In this document: piece by piece, positions 49,427-58,610 of the stretch
Layout of the letters: the number at the start of each line of letters is the position of its first letter
Numbering within the stretch: the stretch's first letter is position 1
Assembly (NCBI GenBank): GCA_964534145.1
Contig: CAZHNU010000005.1
Location: 29,234-93,233, forward strand
DNA length: 64,000 bases
Source of the DNA: an uncultured Methanotrichaceae archaeon
GTDB lineage: Archaea > Halobacteriota > Methanosarcinia > Methanotrichales > Methanotrichaceae
Direction: 5' to 3'
Program-made: the position numbers and the translations under genes
Notes under the pieces: generated by a model
What the model saw: only the letters and a program-made list of their open reading frames with translations
Told to the model about the DNA's origin: nothing
Databases searched by the model: none

Positions 49427-49739
49427 TGCGTTATCCTCCAACTAAACCTTGATTTTCTATGTCAGCTCTTTAGACGTTCAATAAGGTCGAGCTGATAAAT
49501 AATATTTGTACTTTAAAGAATTTATAGATATCTGGTGCTTGACCATAAAAATCATGGATAAAATATCTGGTACTGTTTATACCTCCAACAGCTTCTGCTT
49601 GAATTGAATCTAGGCAAAATAAAGATGGGTAGAGGGTTCTTATCCCGTCCACCGAGTGCCAGGTTGGTTGATCCTATGCGAGTTCTTCTTGAATCAACAG
49701 TCGTCAATCAGAACAGATCCGTCTGGTCTGAACGAAATC

Positions 49740-52109
49740 TCACTGTCGAGCCATAGCAATGCGCAAACGCTCCTCCGGACTGATCAGGTGGTCGTGACTG
49801 TCTTTGCCCAGATCGATCTGCACCCAATTGATCTTGCCATTGAACCTGCTGTCCCGAGTTGTATAGTCAGGGCTGACAGGCGTGCCTGATTCGTAGCCGA
49901 TATCGGTCGTCTCATCTGCGGAGAAGACCATCGCCTGCGTCGCAGCGACCCGGCCCTTGCCCACTTCTTTGCCGTCGTAGTAGAGCGTTACTTTTCCGCC
50001 CTTGCCTAAGCCCCCACCGTCATAGACGAACTCCATTCGCACCTGGTGCTTGCCCGCTGGGATAGGCTCAGTCGCCACGACTGGAAATTCCTGGATGCCA
50101 AGAACGTTGTAGACGAACTTGGCCTTGCCATCCTTGGCATAAAGGCTCCAGCCGCCAAAACGTCCGCCCTGGGCGATAATTACACCTTCGGCGCTTTTAG
50201 ACCGTATTTCCAGCTCGGCCGTGACAGAGAATGACTTGTTCTTTATGCTGATGACGCTGTTCTCCGAGAGACGCCCCATCCCGGGGAAGAACAGCTGCGA
50301 GTTGCCCCTTACAAGCGTTGGCCGTCCGGCTAGATCGGGGTTGAGCCGCTCTCCGGTGCGATCGTCCATCGGAAGCACGTTATACTTGGTCGCCTCTATG
50401 AGCCACAGGCGCTGCAGCTTTTGCAGCATGTCCGGCATCTCCTTTGAAAGATCGTTAGCCTGCGTCCAGTCCTTGCTGCCGTCGTAAAGCTCCCACAAGT
50501 CATTGTCGAAGGGAGGGGCCATCTCTATCAATAGCCAAGGCGTGCGGTGCTTGGTAACCGCACTCCAGCCCTTGCAGTAGATGCCGCGGTTCCCGAACAT
50601 CTCGAAGTACTGCAGGTCGTGTCGTTCAGGGGCCTCGGCCTCGTTGAAGCTGTACAGCATGCTTATGCCTTCCATTGGGGATTGCATGACGCCGTTCACG
50701 AGGGTCGGCTCGGGCAGCCCAGCCGCTTCCAGGACGGTAGGAGCGATATCAATGACGTGGCAGAACTGGTTGCGGATAGCACCTTTATCCTTAATGCCTT
50801 TGGGCCAGTGGACGATCATGCCGTTGCGGGTGCCGCCCCAGTGCGAGGCTATTTGCTTTGTCCACTGGTAGGGTGCGTCCATGGCCCAGGCCCAACCGAC
50901 GGAATAGTGGTTGTACGATTCCGGCGAGCCGAACTCATCCATCTTGGACAGCATGAACTCGGGGGTCTCAAGAGCGGCCATACCGTTGAAATTAGCCATC
51001 TCGTTGAAAGCTCCATTCATAGTACCCTCTGCAGAGGCACCGTTGTCGCCGATGATATAGTATATAAGCGTGTCATCCAGGATTTCCAGCTCTTCCAGCG
51101 TTTCGATCAGCCGGCCGACATAGTAGTCGGTATGCTCCAGAAATCCGGCATAGACCTCCATCTGGCGTTCCAGCACCGGTTTGAGCTGCGCTGGCATATC
51201 GTCCCACGCCGCAATCTCGGAATGACGCGCTGTAAGCTCGGCGTCTGGCGGTATGACGCCCAGCTCCTTTTGCCTGGCAAGGGTGATCTCACGCTGTTTA
51301 TCCCAGCCGTGTGCAAACTTCCCCTTATATTTGTCAGCCCATTCCCTGGGTACGTGATGCGGCGCATGGGTCGCACCAGGTGCGAAGTAGACGAAGAACG
51401 GCTTATCGGGCATAAGGGCTTTCTGTTGGCGAATCCAGTTGATTGCATGGTCTGCCAGGTCAACGGTCAAGTGATAGCCCTCCTCCGGCGTTTTGGGCGG
51501 CTCGACCGGGGTCAAGCCTTCGTAGAGCGCCGGGTCCCACTGGTTGTTCTCGCCGCCAATGAAGCCATAAAAGTATTCGAAGCCGCCGCCTCCAGACGGC
51601 CAGGCATCAAACGGCCCCATGGGCGAGGACTGCCAGACAGGGACCTCATGGCATTTGCCGAACTGAGCCGTCGAGTAGCCATTGAGCTTAAGAGTAAGTG
51701 CCAGCGGAGCCTTGGTGTTGGGCCGCAGCGAATTATTGCCTGGGGCGGAAGTGGCAGTTTCGGTGATGCTTCCCATACCGACTGAATGATGATTTCGGCC
51801 GGTCAATAATGCCGCCCTTGTGGGCGCGCATAGGGCTGTGGTGTGGAAACGGGTATACTTCAGGCCGCCTGCTGCCAGCTTTTCGGCAGCTGGTGTCTGG
51901 CACGGTCCGCCAAACGCACTGGAAGCACCAAAACCCACATCGTCGAGCAGGATGATCAGCACGTTTGGTGCACCAGTGGGCGGCAGCAGCGGCTCGATTG
52001 GTGGGTATTTGGTATCAGGGTCCTTGGCGTCATATGTTGTCAGACCGATTTGAGGTCGATCGGGGATGGGCAGGACAGAACGAAGATGTTTATCCGGTTG
52101 GTTTGACAT
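49740..52109 (-). CDS. Arylsulfatase (Cys-type, large AtsA-like form)
   Basis: NVLIILLDDVGFG, the formylglycine motif TALCAPTRAALLTGRNHH, GKCHE and GDNGAS. I see no obvious signal peptide. Confidence 0.9.
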   Translation of the reverse strand: MSNQPDKHLRSVLPIPDRPQIGLTTYDAKDPDTKYPPIEPLLPPTGAPNVLIILLDDVGFGASSAFGGPCQTPAAEKLAAGGLKYTRFHTTALCAPTRAALLTGRNHHSVGMGSITETATSAPGNNSLRPNTKAPLALTLKLNGYSTAQFGKCHEVPVWQSSPMGPFDAWPSGGGGFEYFYGFIGGENNQWDPALYEGLTPVEPPKTPEEGYHLTVDLADHAINWIRQQKALMPDKPFFVYFAPGATHAPHHVPREWADKYKGKFAHGWDKQREITLARQKELGVIPPDAELTARHSEIAAWDDMPAQLKPVLERQMEVYAGFLEHTDYYVGRLIETLEELEILDDTLIYYIIGDNGASAEGTMNGAFNEMANFNGMAALETPEFMLSKMDEFGSPESYNHYSVGWAWAMDAPYQWTKQIASHWGGTRNGMIVHWPKGIKDKGAIRNQFCHVIDIAPTVLEAAGLPEPTLVNGVMQSPMEGISMLYSFNEAEAPERHDLQYFEMFGNRGIYCKGWSAVTKHRTPWLLIEMAPPFDNDLWELYDGSKDWTQANDLSKEMPDMLQKLQRLWLIEATKYNVLPMDDRTGERLNPDLAGRPTLVRGNSQLFFPGMGRLSENSVISIKNKSFSVTAELEIRSKSAEGVIIAQGGRFGGWSLYAKDGKAKFVYNVLGIQEFPVVATEPIPAGKHQVRMEFVYDGGGLGKGGKVTLYYDGKEVGKGRVAATQAMVFSADETTDIGYESGTPVSPDYTTRDSRFNGKINWVQIDLGKDSHDHLISPEERLRIAMARQ

Positions 52110-52400
52110 ATTTATCTAATCTGCTATCAAAGTAAAAAAATTTTTGGGCATGTTGTGGAGAAATGTTCTCGATTTATTTCGGCCGAGGAAAGGATTTTTC
52201 AAGATGCCAAAAAAATGCTTCGAGCTAGCGCTGGCAGTATTCCGAGATTGCCTTGGTGATAACCATCCTTCCACCGCGACCGTGAGGAGCAACCTAAAGT
52301 TGCTTAAGATCCTAAGTTATATGATAACCAGTCAACACCCCAAACCCAATTTAGCTTTTCATACTTTGCATCTGTGATATCTATGACATCTATACGGGCA

Positions 52401-53924
52401 TCATTTATATGGCCATTCGGCCATCGTAGACGGACCTATCGTCTGAACTGCCGGCGGTACCCATGAGCCATTCAGCGCGGCCTCTTGCGGCCAGTACTGG
52501 CGCAAAATAAGCATAAATTCGCCTGGCGGAGCGGGAAGCCAGTTGAACTCTTTATCAGCACCCGGAGAGGCTTTCTGGACATAGATATCGAGGGATCCGT
52601 CCGCGTTATACCTTGGGTTACCAGAGTGCGATGTTATCGCAAACTGGTTCAGTGGATTGGGTACGAAGTGGCCTGCGCTATCATAGAGGGTTACAGACCA
52701 GAATGCGTTGACAGGTGGGGTACTGTTGCTGGCAAAATGCAGTACGTAGTTATTCTTGCCAGAATTGGGGGCGCCCGTTACATTGTTAAATGAAAACCAG
52801 TACAGTGCGTCCTCCGGGAGTATGCCGCCCCCAGTTCCTGCTGCCAGGCCGGCACGAAGCGTGTAGTTTGTTCCGTAGGCACCCATGTCATGCAAAACTT
52901 TCCAGCCGTTTACAACGACGGCTCCTGGCCAGTTTGCGGCTGCGGCATTGATCTGGACAATACCGTCCTTTGCCCCCTGGGCGATCGCATCCTGCATCGT
53001 GGCATTCATGCTGCTCCAGTCAAACGGTATACCTGGGGCGATGCCGATTCGTGTGATCTGATCAATGACCGGCTTATCAACGCTGTTGGGGGGGTTGCCG
53101 TCCATAGCTGCTGCCAAGCGGCCGAAAAATTCGTCAGTGCTCATGTTCGCGATATACGCAGCACTCGCGGAAGCCCTGGAATCTGGAGTCATGTTGGAAG
53201 TCACAGGCACGGCAGTTGGCGGCATATAGTACGTGTTCCACGCGCATAGCGGGGTCAGAGTGACGTTGTCCAGGAAGGCTGTAACCGCCGGAAGGTCGGC
53301 AGGACCGTTCAGCTGTGCCCGTCCTGCAAGCATAACGGTGTTTGTCGACGATAGGATCTCTGTCACGTCTGAGGGAAGCGTGCCGTTCCACCCGGGACCA
53401 ACAATGGCGAAGTTGCCCGGGCCATCTCCGGTAGTGCGGGACCCTACAGATAAGAGATCATTCGTCCACGCATCTTCGAGATTCATGACGTAGTACCTCC
53501 CGTTCGACGCAGGAACGCGGAGCACCATCGGCTCTTTTGTCAGGTCAAGCCATGCTTGGATATAGCTTGCATCCGTTATGGGGTAGGTAGCAGGGCTCAT
53601 GAATTGGAATTTGTCAATCGGCACCTGGTATGCTCTCATGATTTGGTTGATGGGTGCCACAGCACGCGCCGGATCCGGCGCCGGCACTGCAGTCTGGTGT
53701 TCCTTCAGGACATCCATAAAGACGAGGGGATAGCCGTACACGTACGCTACCGCCGCGATCTGTCGTGCCTCTGCCGGTGTCGGCGAACCAGTCGCAGTGG
53801 GAATCATGATCCCATCGATTGTCTGGTTGACAGATGTGCATTGGGTGGTCGGGCTTGTGCACCCAGCGCTAGAGATCACTACGATGATAACGACAGGGAT
53901 GCTAAGCATCCAGAATGGCTTCAT
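52401..53924 (-). CDS. DUF1254/DUF1214 domain protein, lipoprotein-like
   Basis: N-terminus MKPFWMLSIPVVIIVVISSAGC, VAYVYGYPLVFMD (DUF1254 hallmark) and a C-terminal FWSVTLYD...NPLNQFAI (DUF1214-like). Confidence 0.75.
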   Translation of the reverse strand: MKPFWMLSIPVVIIVVISSAGCTSPTTQCTSVNQTIDGIMIPTATGSPTPAEARQIAAVAYVYGYPLVFMDVLKEHQTAVPAPDPARAVAPINQIMRAYQVPIDKFQFMSPATYPITDASYIQAWLDLTKEPMVLRVPASNGRYYVMNLEDAWTNDLLSVGSRTTGDGPGNFAIVGPGWNGTLPSDVTEILSSTNTVMLAGRAQLNGPADLPAVTAFLDNVTLTPLCAWNTYYMPPTAVPVTSNMTPDSRASASAAYIANMSTDEFFGRLAAAMDGNPPNSVDKPVIDQITRIGIAPGIPFDWSSMNATMQDAIAQGAKDGIVQINAAAANWPGAVVVNGWKVLHDMGAYGTNYTLRAGLAAGTGGGILPEDALYWFSFNNVTGAPNSGKNNYVLHFASNSTPPVNAFWSVTLYDSAGHFVPNPLNQFAITSHSGNPRYNADGSLDIYVQKASPGADKEFNWLPAPPGEFMLILRQYWPQEAALNGSWVPPAVQTIGPSTMAEWPYK

Positions 53925-54722
53925 GAGGTATCAGTTGCACTTATACACCTAAATAGTTTGTTCCCTCTTTTTCTTGCTTTATCAATACAAACTATAAGGC
54001 ACATACAGCAAAGTGGTGAGAGCAAGGGTATTGTACGATCTTTTTACTAATAAAAATGTGCGAGAATCTCATCCAACCACGTAATGACGGGAACAAGACC
54101 AGCATCAATAGGCTCGCTCTTGGATAATGCGGCTTGATGGTTACAAATAAATTCACTCAGATGACAAACACTCAAAAAAGTTGTGATCGGAGCAGAGCTT
54201 ACAGCCAAGGGACGATTATGGCTAACACATCCTGAATATATGTTTAGCAAAGGTTATGGAGACGCACGCGATGTTCTGAAAGCGATAGAAATGGCCGTGA
54301 ATGCATGACTACGATATTTATGCATTTGCAGCACTCACAGTCCTTGCACGGCCAAAGTAGTCAATAAGGGTATACCCTAACCTGCGAGGCCTAGAGATCT
54401 TATCCGCCCAAAAGAGCCGATTTAACCAGCGCCATAGCACCGCAGCCCTGTTTCGGGCGCTGCTTGACTTTTAGGAATAATCTACCGATGTAGTTTTTTG
54501 ACGTATCTCCACCGACACCTTTATGTATATTGTCGATAATGTCGTGCTCGAACTAATGGCAAATCGTGTTAAAAAGAGCGAGAATATGTCATTATTGTTA
54601 AGGCTAATCCTTTCAAAAGAGCATAAATGCTCGATCATCCAGGCAGCATTGCTGGTGATAATGGGGCTTGGACAAAAGCTTCAGTCGCCCTTTGACATAT
54701 CAATGCTTTTCGGGGAGGAATT

Positions 54723-56807
54723 ATGAGAGTAAATTCGATAATATTGCTGATAATGCTGATATCTTTTATGGAGAACGCAAGCGCATATCAAATAAATCTG
54801 ACGGGCGATTGTGAAAGCGGAAACATCTCGCTGATTCCTCGGGATATTTTGTTTGGAAATCCGGACAGGACAAACATCCAGCTCAGCCCGGACGGATCAA
54901 TGATAAGTTATCTGGCCCCTACAAACGGATTCCTCAATATCTGGGTGGGATCGGTCGCAGAGCCGGAAAAGGCAAGACCTGTGACCAACGATACCTACCG
55001 GGGAATAAGTGGATATTCATGGGCTTATACCAATGATCATATTCTCTACACACAGGACCAAAATGGGGACCAGAACTACCACATATACAGCGTAAACCTG
55101 AGCAACAGCACGACAATGGACCTGACGCCGTTCAAAGGAGTTCGGTCCGAGATCTATGCGAGGAGCCACAAGAATCCCCTGGAGATCATAGTTGGGATCA
55201 ACAAGCGCGACCCACACTACTTTGACCTTTATCGGGCAAACGTTGTAACCGGAAACCTATCGCTGCTTTTGGAGAACAGGGAGTTCGTCGGCTTCGACAT
55301 AGATGATTGCTACAACGTACGCCTGGGCTACAAGACGGCCTCTGACGGGGGTGTGGAAATCTTCAAGCTGACAGACTCCGGCTGGCAAAGCTTCATCAAT
55401 ATCAGCATGGAAGACAACCTTCCAACGCTCACCAGAGGATTCGACAAGGACAATGGAGCCGTCTACCTGGAGGACTGCAGGGGACGAAACACAGCAGCTC
55501 TTTGTGCGTTGAACCTCAGCACGAACGAAGAGACATTAATCGCCGAAGATCCACAGTCGGATTTTTACAGCTGTTTGATCCATCCTACAGAAAAAAATAT
55601 TCAGGCAGTGGCCTTCAACTACGATCGAGTACACTGGAAGGTCCTCGATTCGTCCATAGCCGATGATCTGGACTGCCTCTCCAAACTGGAGGACGGCGAT
55701 ATGTGGGTGGCGAGCCGCAGCCTGGACGATAAGGCCTGGATAGTGGCCTATATAATGGACGATGGCCCAATAAGCTGCTACTACTACAACCGCGCGGAAA
55801 AGTCAGCCCGTTTTCTTTTCACCGATAGAGAAAAACTGCTGGGCGAGCCTCTTGCCAGGATGAATCCCGTCATCATAAAAACCCGCGACGGCCTCGACCT
55901 GGTCAGCTATTATACCCTGCCTGTGAATAGCGACGCTGACAGCGACGGCATTCCTGATAATCCTCTCCCGATGGTTCTCCTGGTTCACGGCGGTCCCTGG
56001 AGCAGAGATGTGTGGGGCTACAGCGCTATGCACCAGTGGCTGGCCAACCGGGGATATGCAGTTTTGAGCGTCAATTTCCGCGGCTCTACAGGCTTTGGCA
56101 AGAACTTCACCAATGCAGCAAACCTGGAATGGGGAAGAAAGATGCAGTACGACCTCATAGATGCGGTCAACTGGTCAATCAAGCGGGGAATTGCCGATCC
56201 AAAGCATATTGCCGTTATGGGCGAAAGCTACGGCGGTTATGCCGCCCTTGCGGGCCTTACATTTGCGCCGGATGCCTTTGCCTGTGCTGTGGATCTCTAT
56301 GGCCCTTCCAATTTAACTTCAATGCTCGAGGGCATGGCGCCCTATGTAGGACCTGATATCGACTCATATACAACCAGAATTGGGGACTTTAGAACAGATG
56401 GAGGCAGGAGACTCTTGCAGGAGCGGTCGCCCTTAAGCCATGTGGACAGAATCAAGCGGCCCTTGCTGATCGGCCAGGGTGCCAACGATGCCAGAGTCAA
56501 TAGAAACGAATCGGATCAGATAGTCCAGGCCATGCAGGAGAGGAACCTCTCTGTGACCTATGTCCTTTTCTCCGATGAAGGGCACGTATTCGTCAGGCCG
56601 AACAATAAGATAGCCTTCAATGCCGTTGCTGAGGCGTTCCTGGCGCAGCACCTGGGAGGGAGGTTCGAGCCCATCCATGCCAGAGATCTGCGGGGATCCA
56701 GCATCACAGTTCCCGCAGGAGCAGAGCAGATAAATGGTCTGAAGGCGGCTCTATCTGAAAACAGAACGGACGACACAATTATTATTAATTCTCAGAGATG
56801 TGATTAA
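54723..56807 (+). CDS. S9-family serine peptidase (prolyl oligopeptidase/DPP type), secreted
   Basis: Signal IILLIMLISFMENASA. A beta-propeller N-half, then a catalytic triad context of GESYGGY, GANDARV and DEGHVF. Confidence 0.9.
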   Translation: MRVNSIILLIMLISFMENASAYQINLTGDCESGNISLIPRDILFGNPDRTNIQLSPDGSMISYLAPTNGFLNIWVGSVAEPEKARPVTNDTYRGISGYSWAYTNDHILYTQDQNGDQNYHIYSVNLSNSTTMDLTPFKGVRSEIYARSHKNPLEIIVGINKRDPHYFDLYRANVVTGNLSLLLENREFVGFDIDDCYNVRLGYKTASDGGVEIFKLTDSGWQSFINISMEDNLPTLTRGFDKDNGAVYLEDCRGRNTAALCALNLSTNEETLIAEDPQSDFYSCLIHPTEKNIQAVAFNYDRVHWKVLDSSIADDLDCLSKLEDGDMWVASRSLDDKAWIVAYIMDDGPISCYYYNRAEKSARFLFTDREKLLGEPLARMNPVIIKTRDGLDLVSYYTLPVNSDADSDGIPDNPLPMVLLVHGGPWSRDVWGYSAMHQWLANRGYAVLSVNFRGSTGFGKNFTNAANLEWGRKMQYDLIDAVNWSIKRGIADPKHIAVMGESYGGYAALAGLTFAPDAFACAVDLYGPSNLTSMLEGMAPYVGPDIDSYTTRIGDFRTDGGRRLLQERSPLSHVDRIKRPLLIGQGANDARVNRNESDQIVQAMQERNLSVTYVLFSDEGHVFVRPNNKIAFNAVAEAFLAQHLGGRFEPIHARDLRGSSITVPAGAEQINGLKAALSENRTDDTIIINSQRCD

Positions 56808-57746
56808 ATGAGTAAGATTGACCAGACTCCAAATGGCAACAAAGAACTTGCTGAGATGAGCAAGTGGTTCAAAGAATCGACGGGGCCAGGCAGCAAAACA
56901 GCTGAGCGAGTGGCCATCCTCAGGGCCGGTGAATCCATGAAGCCTGAGGCTGAGCGGATCTGTTTTGATCCGTATGCAATCCATTTTATCAGTCCGGGCA
57001 TTCTGGAATGGGCGTCCAATAATCCAGAGGAGGTACGTGCGATGCATGAGAGGACCGAACGCCTCGTTCCGGGACTTGATAATTCAATTATTGCTAGAGT
57101 CAGATATTTTGATGATTTTGTAAAAAGATCTATGGATGAGGGAATGGAGCAGCTCGTCATTCTGGGCGCAGGGTACGACTCCCGTCCCTATAGAATCGAC
57201 GCTCTCAAGAAAATAAGGACCTTTGAGGTAGACCATCCGGCAACACAAGCTGCGAAAATGGAAAAAATAAGAAAGATTTTCGGCCTGCTTCCGGACCATG
57301 TTGTTTATGTCCCTGCCGATTTGGCCGAGGATAGCCTGGGTCAAAAGCTGGCTGAAAAGGGATATGATCGATCTCTAAAGACCCTTTTCATCATGGAAGG
57401 CCTCCTGATGTACCTTACTCCTGGAACTGTGGACGAAATCCTGTCCTTCATCGTAGAGAATTCCGGCAAGGGAAGCGCTATAATCTTCGATTACTACATT
57501 CAATCAGTGGTTGATGGAAGCTGCGAGCTGGAGGCGGGAAAGAATATACATAACCAGCTGGTGCAGCTGGGAGAGCCTTTGAAGTTCGGGATCAAAGAGG
57601 GAACCGTCGAGACATTCCTAAAGGCGCTGGGATTTTTCCACGTTCATAATGTGGCCAGCGAGGATCTTAAAAGGGCCTATTTCCACGAAGCAAATGAAAA
57701 CAGGGCGGTGTGCAGCCTGCATTCGATTGCCCATGCAATGATTTGA
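56808..57746 (+). CDS. Class I SAM-dependent methyltransferase (leucine carboxyl methyltransferase/TIGR00027-like)
   Basis: AILRAGES, QLVILGAGYDSRPYR and FIMEGLLMYL. The ATG immediately follows the S9 peptidase TAA. Confidence 0.8.
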   Translation: MSKIDQTPNGNKELAEMSKWFKESTGPGSKTAERVAILRAGESMKPEAERICFDPYAIHFISPGILEWASNNPEEVRAMHERTERLVPGLDNSIIARVRYFDDFVKRSMDEGMEQLVILGAGYDSRPYRIDALKKIRTFEVDHPATQAAKMEKIRKIFGLLPDHVVYVPADLAEDSLGQKLAEKGYDRSLKTLFIMEGLLMYLTPGTVDEILSFIVENSGKGSAIIFDYYIQSVVDGSCELEAGKNIHNQLVQLGEPLKFGIKEGTVETFLKALGFFHVHNVASEDLKRAYFHEANENRAVCSLHSIAHAMI

Positions 57747-57780
57747 CAAGGATTGTGAAAAGATAATCGAAGAGGAAGCC

Positions 57781-58557
57781 ATGAATCGCAGGATTATCGA
57801 CCTATCAGTTCCTCTGGAGAACGAATGCCAATCAAACCCAAAGGGATACGGTCCCAGGATCGAGTACCAATCCCATAAGGATACGGTTGATACGGTAATA
57901 TCGATCTTCACAGGGCTCAAGAAATCCCAGCTCCCAGATGAAGAAGGCTGGGCAATGGAGCACGTAAAGCTAACTACCCACGACGGAACCCACCTGGATG
58001 CACCCTGGCATTATTCAACCAAGATGAACGGCAACCAGCAGGCCATTACAATAGATGAAGTGCCTCTGGAATGGTGCTTCCAGCCAGCAGTTAAGCTTGA
58101 CTTTCGGGATCTGCCTGATGGATATGTGGCCACAGCGGACGACGTCCAAGGTGAGCTGAAGAGAATAGGCCATGATCTCAAGCCTCTGGAGATCGTGGTG
58201 GTAAATACCAGAGCTGGACTTAGATATGGCCTGCCTGATTATGCATCCAGCGGTGCCGGCATGGGCCGAGATGCGACCCTCTACCTGCTGGAGCGAGGAG
58301 TTCGCCTGACTGGTATCGATAGCTGGTTCTGGGATGCGCCATTCATACATACCAAGAGGAAGTTCATCCAGACAGGGGATGCAGGACTGATCTGGGAAGG
58401 CCACAGGGCCGGACGAACCATCGGCTACTGCCACCTGGAAAAGCTGCACAACTTGGAGCAGCTCCCATCCCAGGGCTTCATGATCGCCTGCTTCCCTGTA
58501 AAGATCAAGGGCGCATCAGCCGGCTGGACCAGGGCCGTGGCCATAATTGAGGATTGA
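57781..58557 (+). CDS. Cyclase-family protein (kynurenine formamidase-like fold)
   Basis: LTTHDGTHLDAPWHY matches the HxGTHxDxPxH motif, and GIDSWFWD is also present. Confidence 0.8.
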   Translation: MNRRIIDLSVPLENECQSNPKGYGPRIEYQSHKDTVDTVISIFTGLKKSQLPDEEGWAMEHVKLTTHDGTHLDAPWHYSTKMNGNQQAITIDEVPLEWCFQPAVKLDFRDLPDGYVATADDVQGELKRIGHDLKPLEIVVVNTRAGLRYGLPDYASSGAGMGRDATLYLLERGVRLTGIDSWFWDAPFIHTKRKFIQTGDAGLIWEGHRAGRTIGYCHLEKLHNLEQLPSQGFMIACFPVKIKGASAGWTRAVAIIED

Positions 58558-58610
58558 CGCTTCCCTGCAGCTGACGAGATCGGACCTTGACGGCTCATGA
58601 ACTACGGCCC

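Noticed and set aside
50547-51785. 412-aa plus-strand ORF inside the sulfatase locus
   Set aside because: It is antisense to the sulfatase, which has clear catalytic motifs, so this is a shadow ORF.
54361-54470. Minus-strand translation ...RNRAAVLWRWLNRLFWADKISRPRRLGYTLIDYFG, which looked vaguely like an IS5-type transposase C-terminus
   Set aside because: It does not match the usual R-x-x-[IV]-E-R-x-F-x-x-L-K-x-F-R-R-[IL]-x-x-R-Y-[DE] pattern, and there are no flanking inverted repeats.
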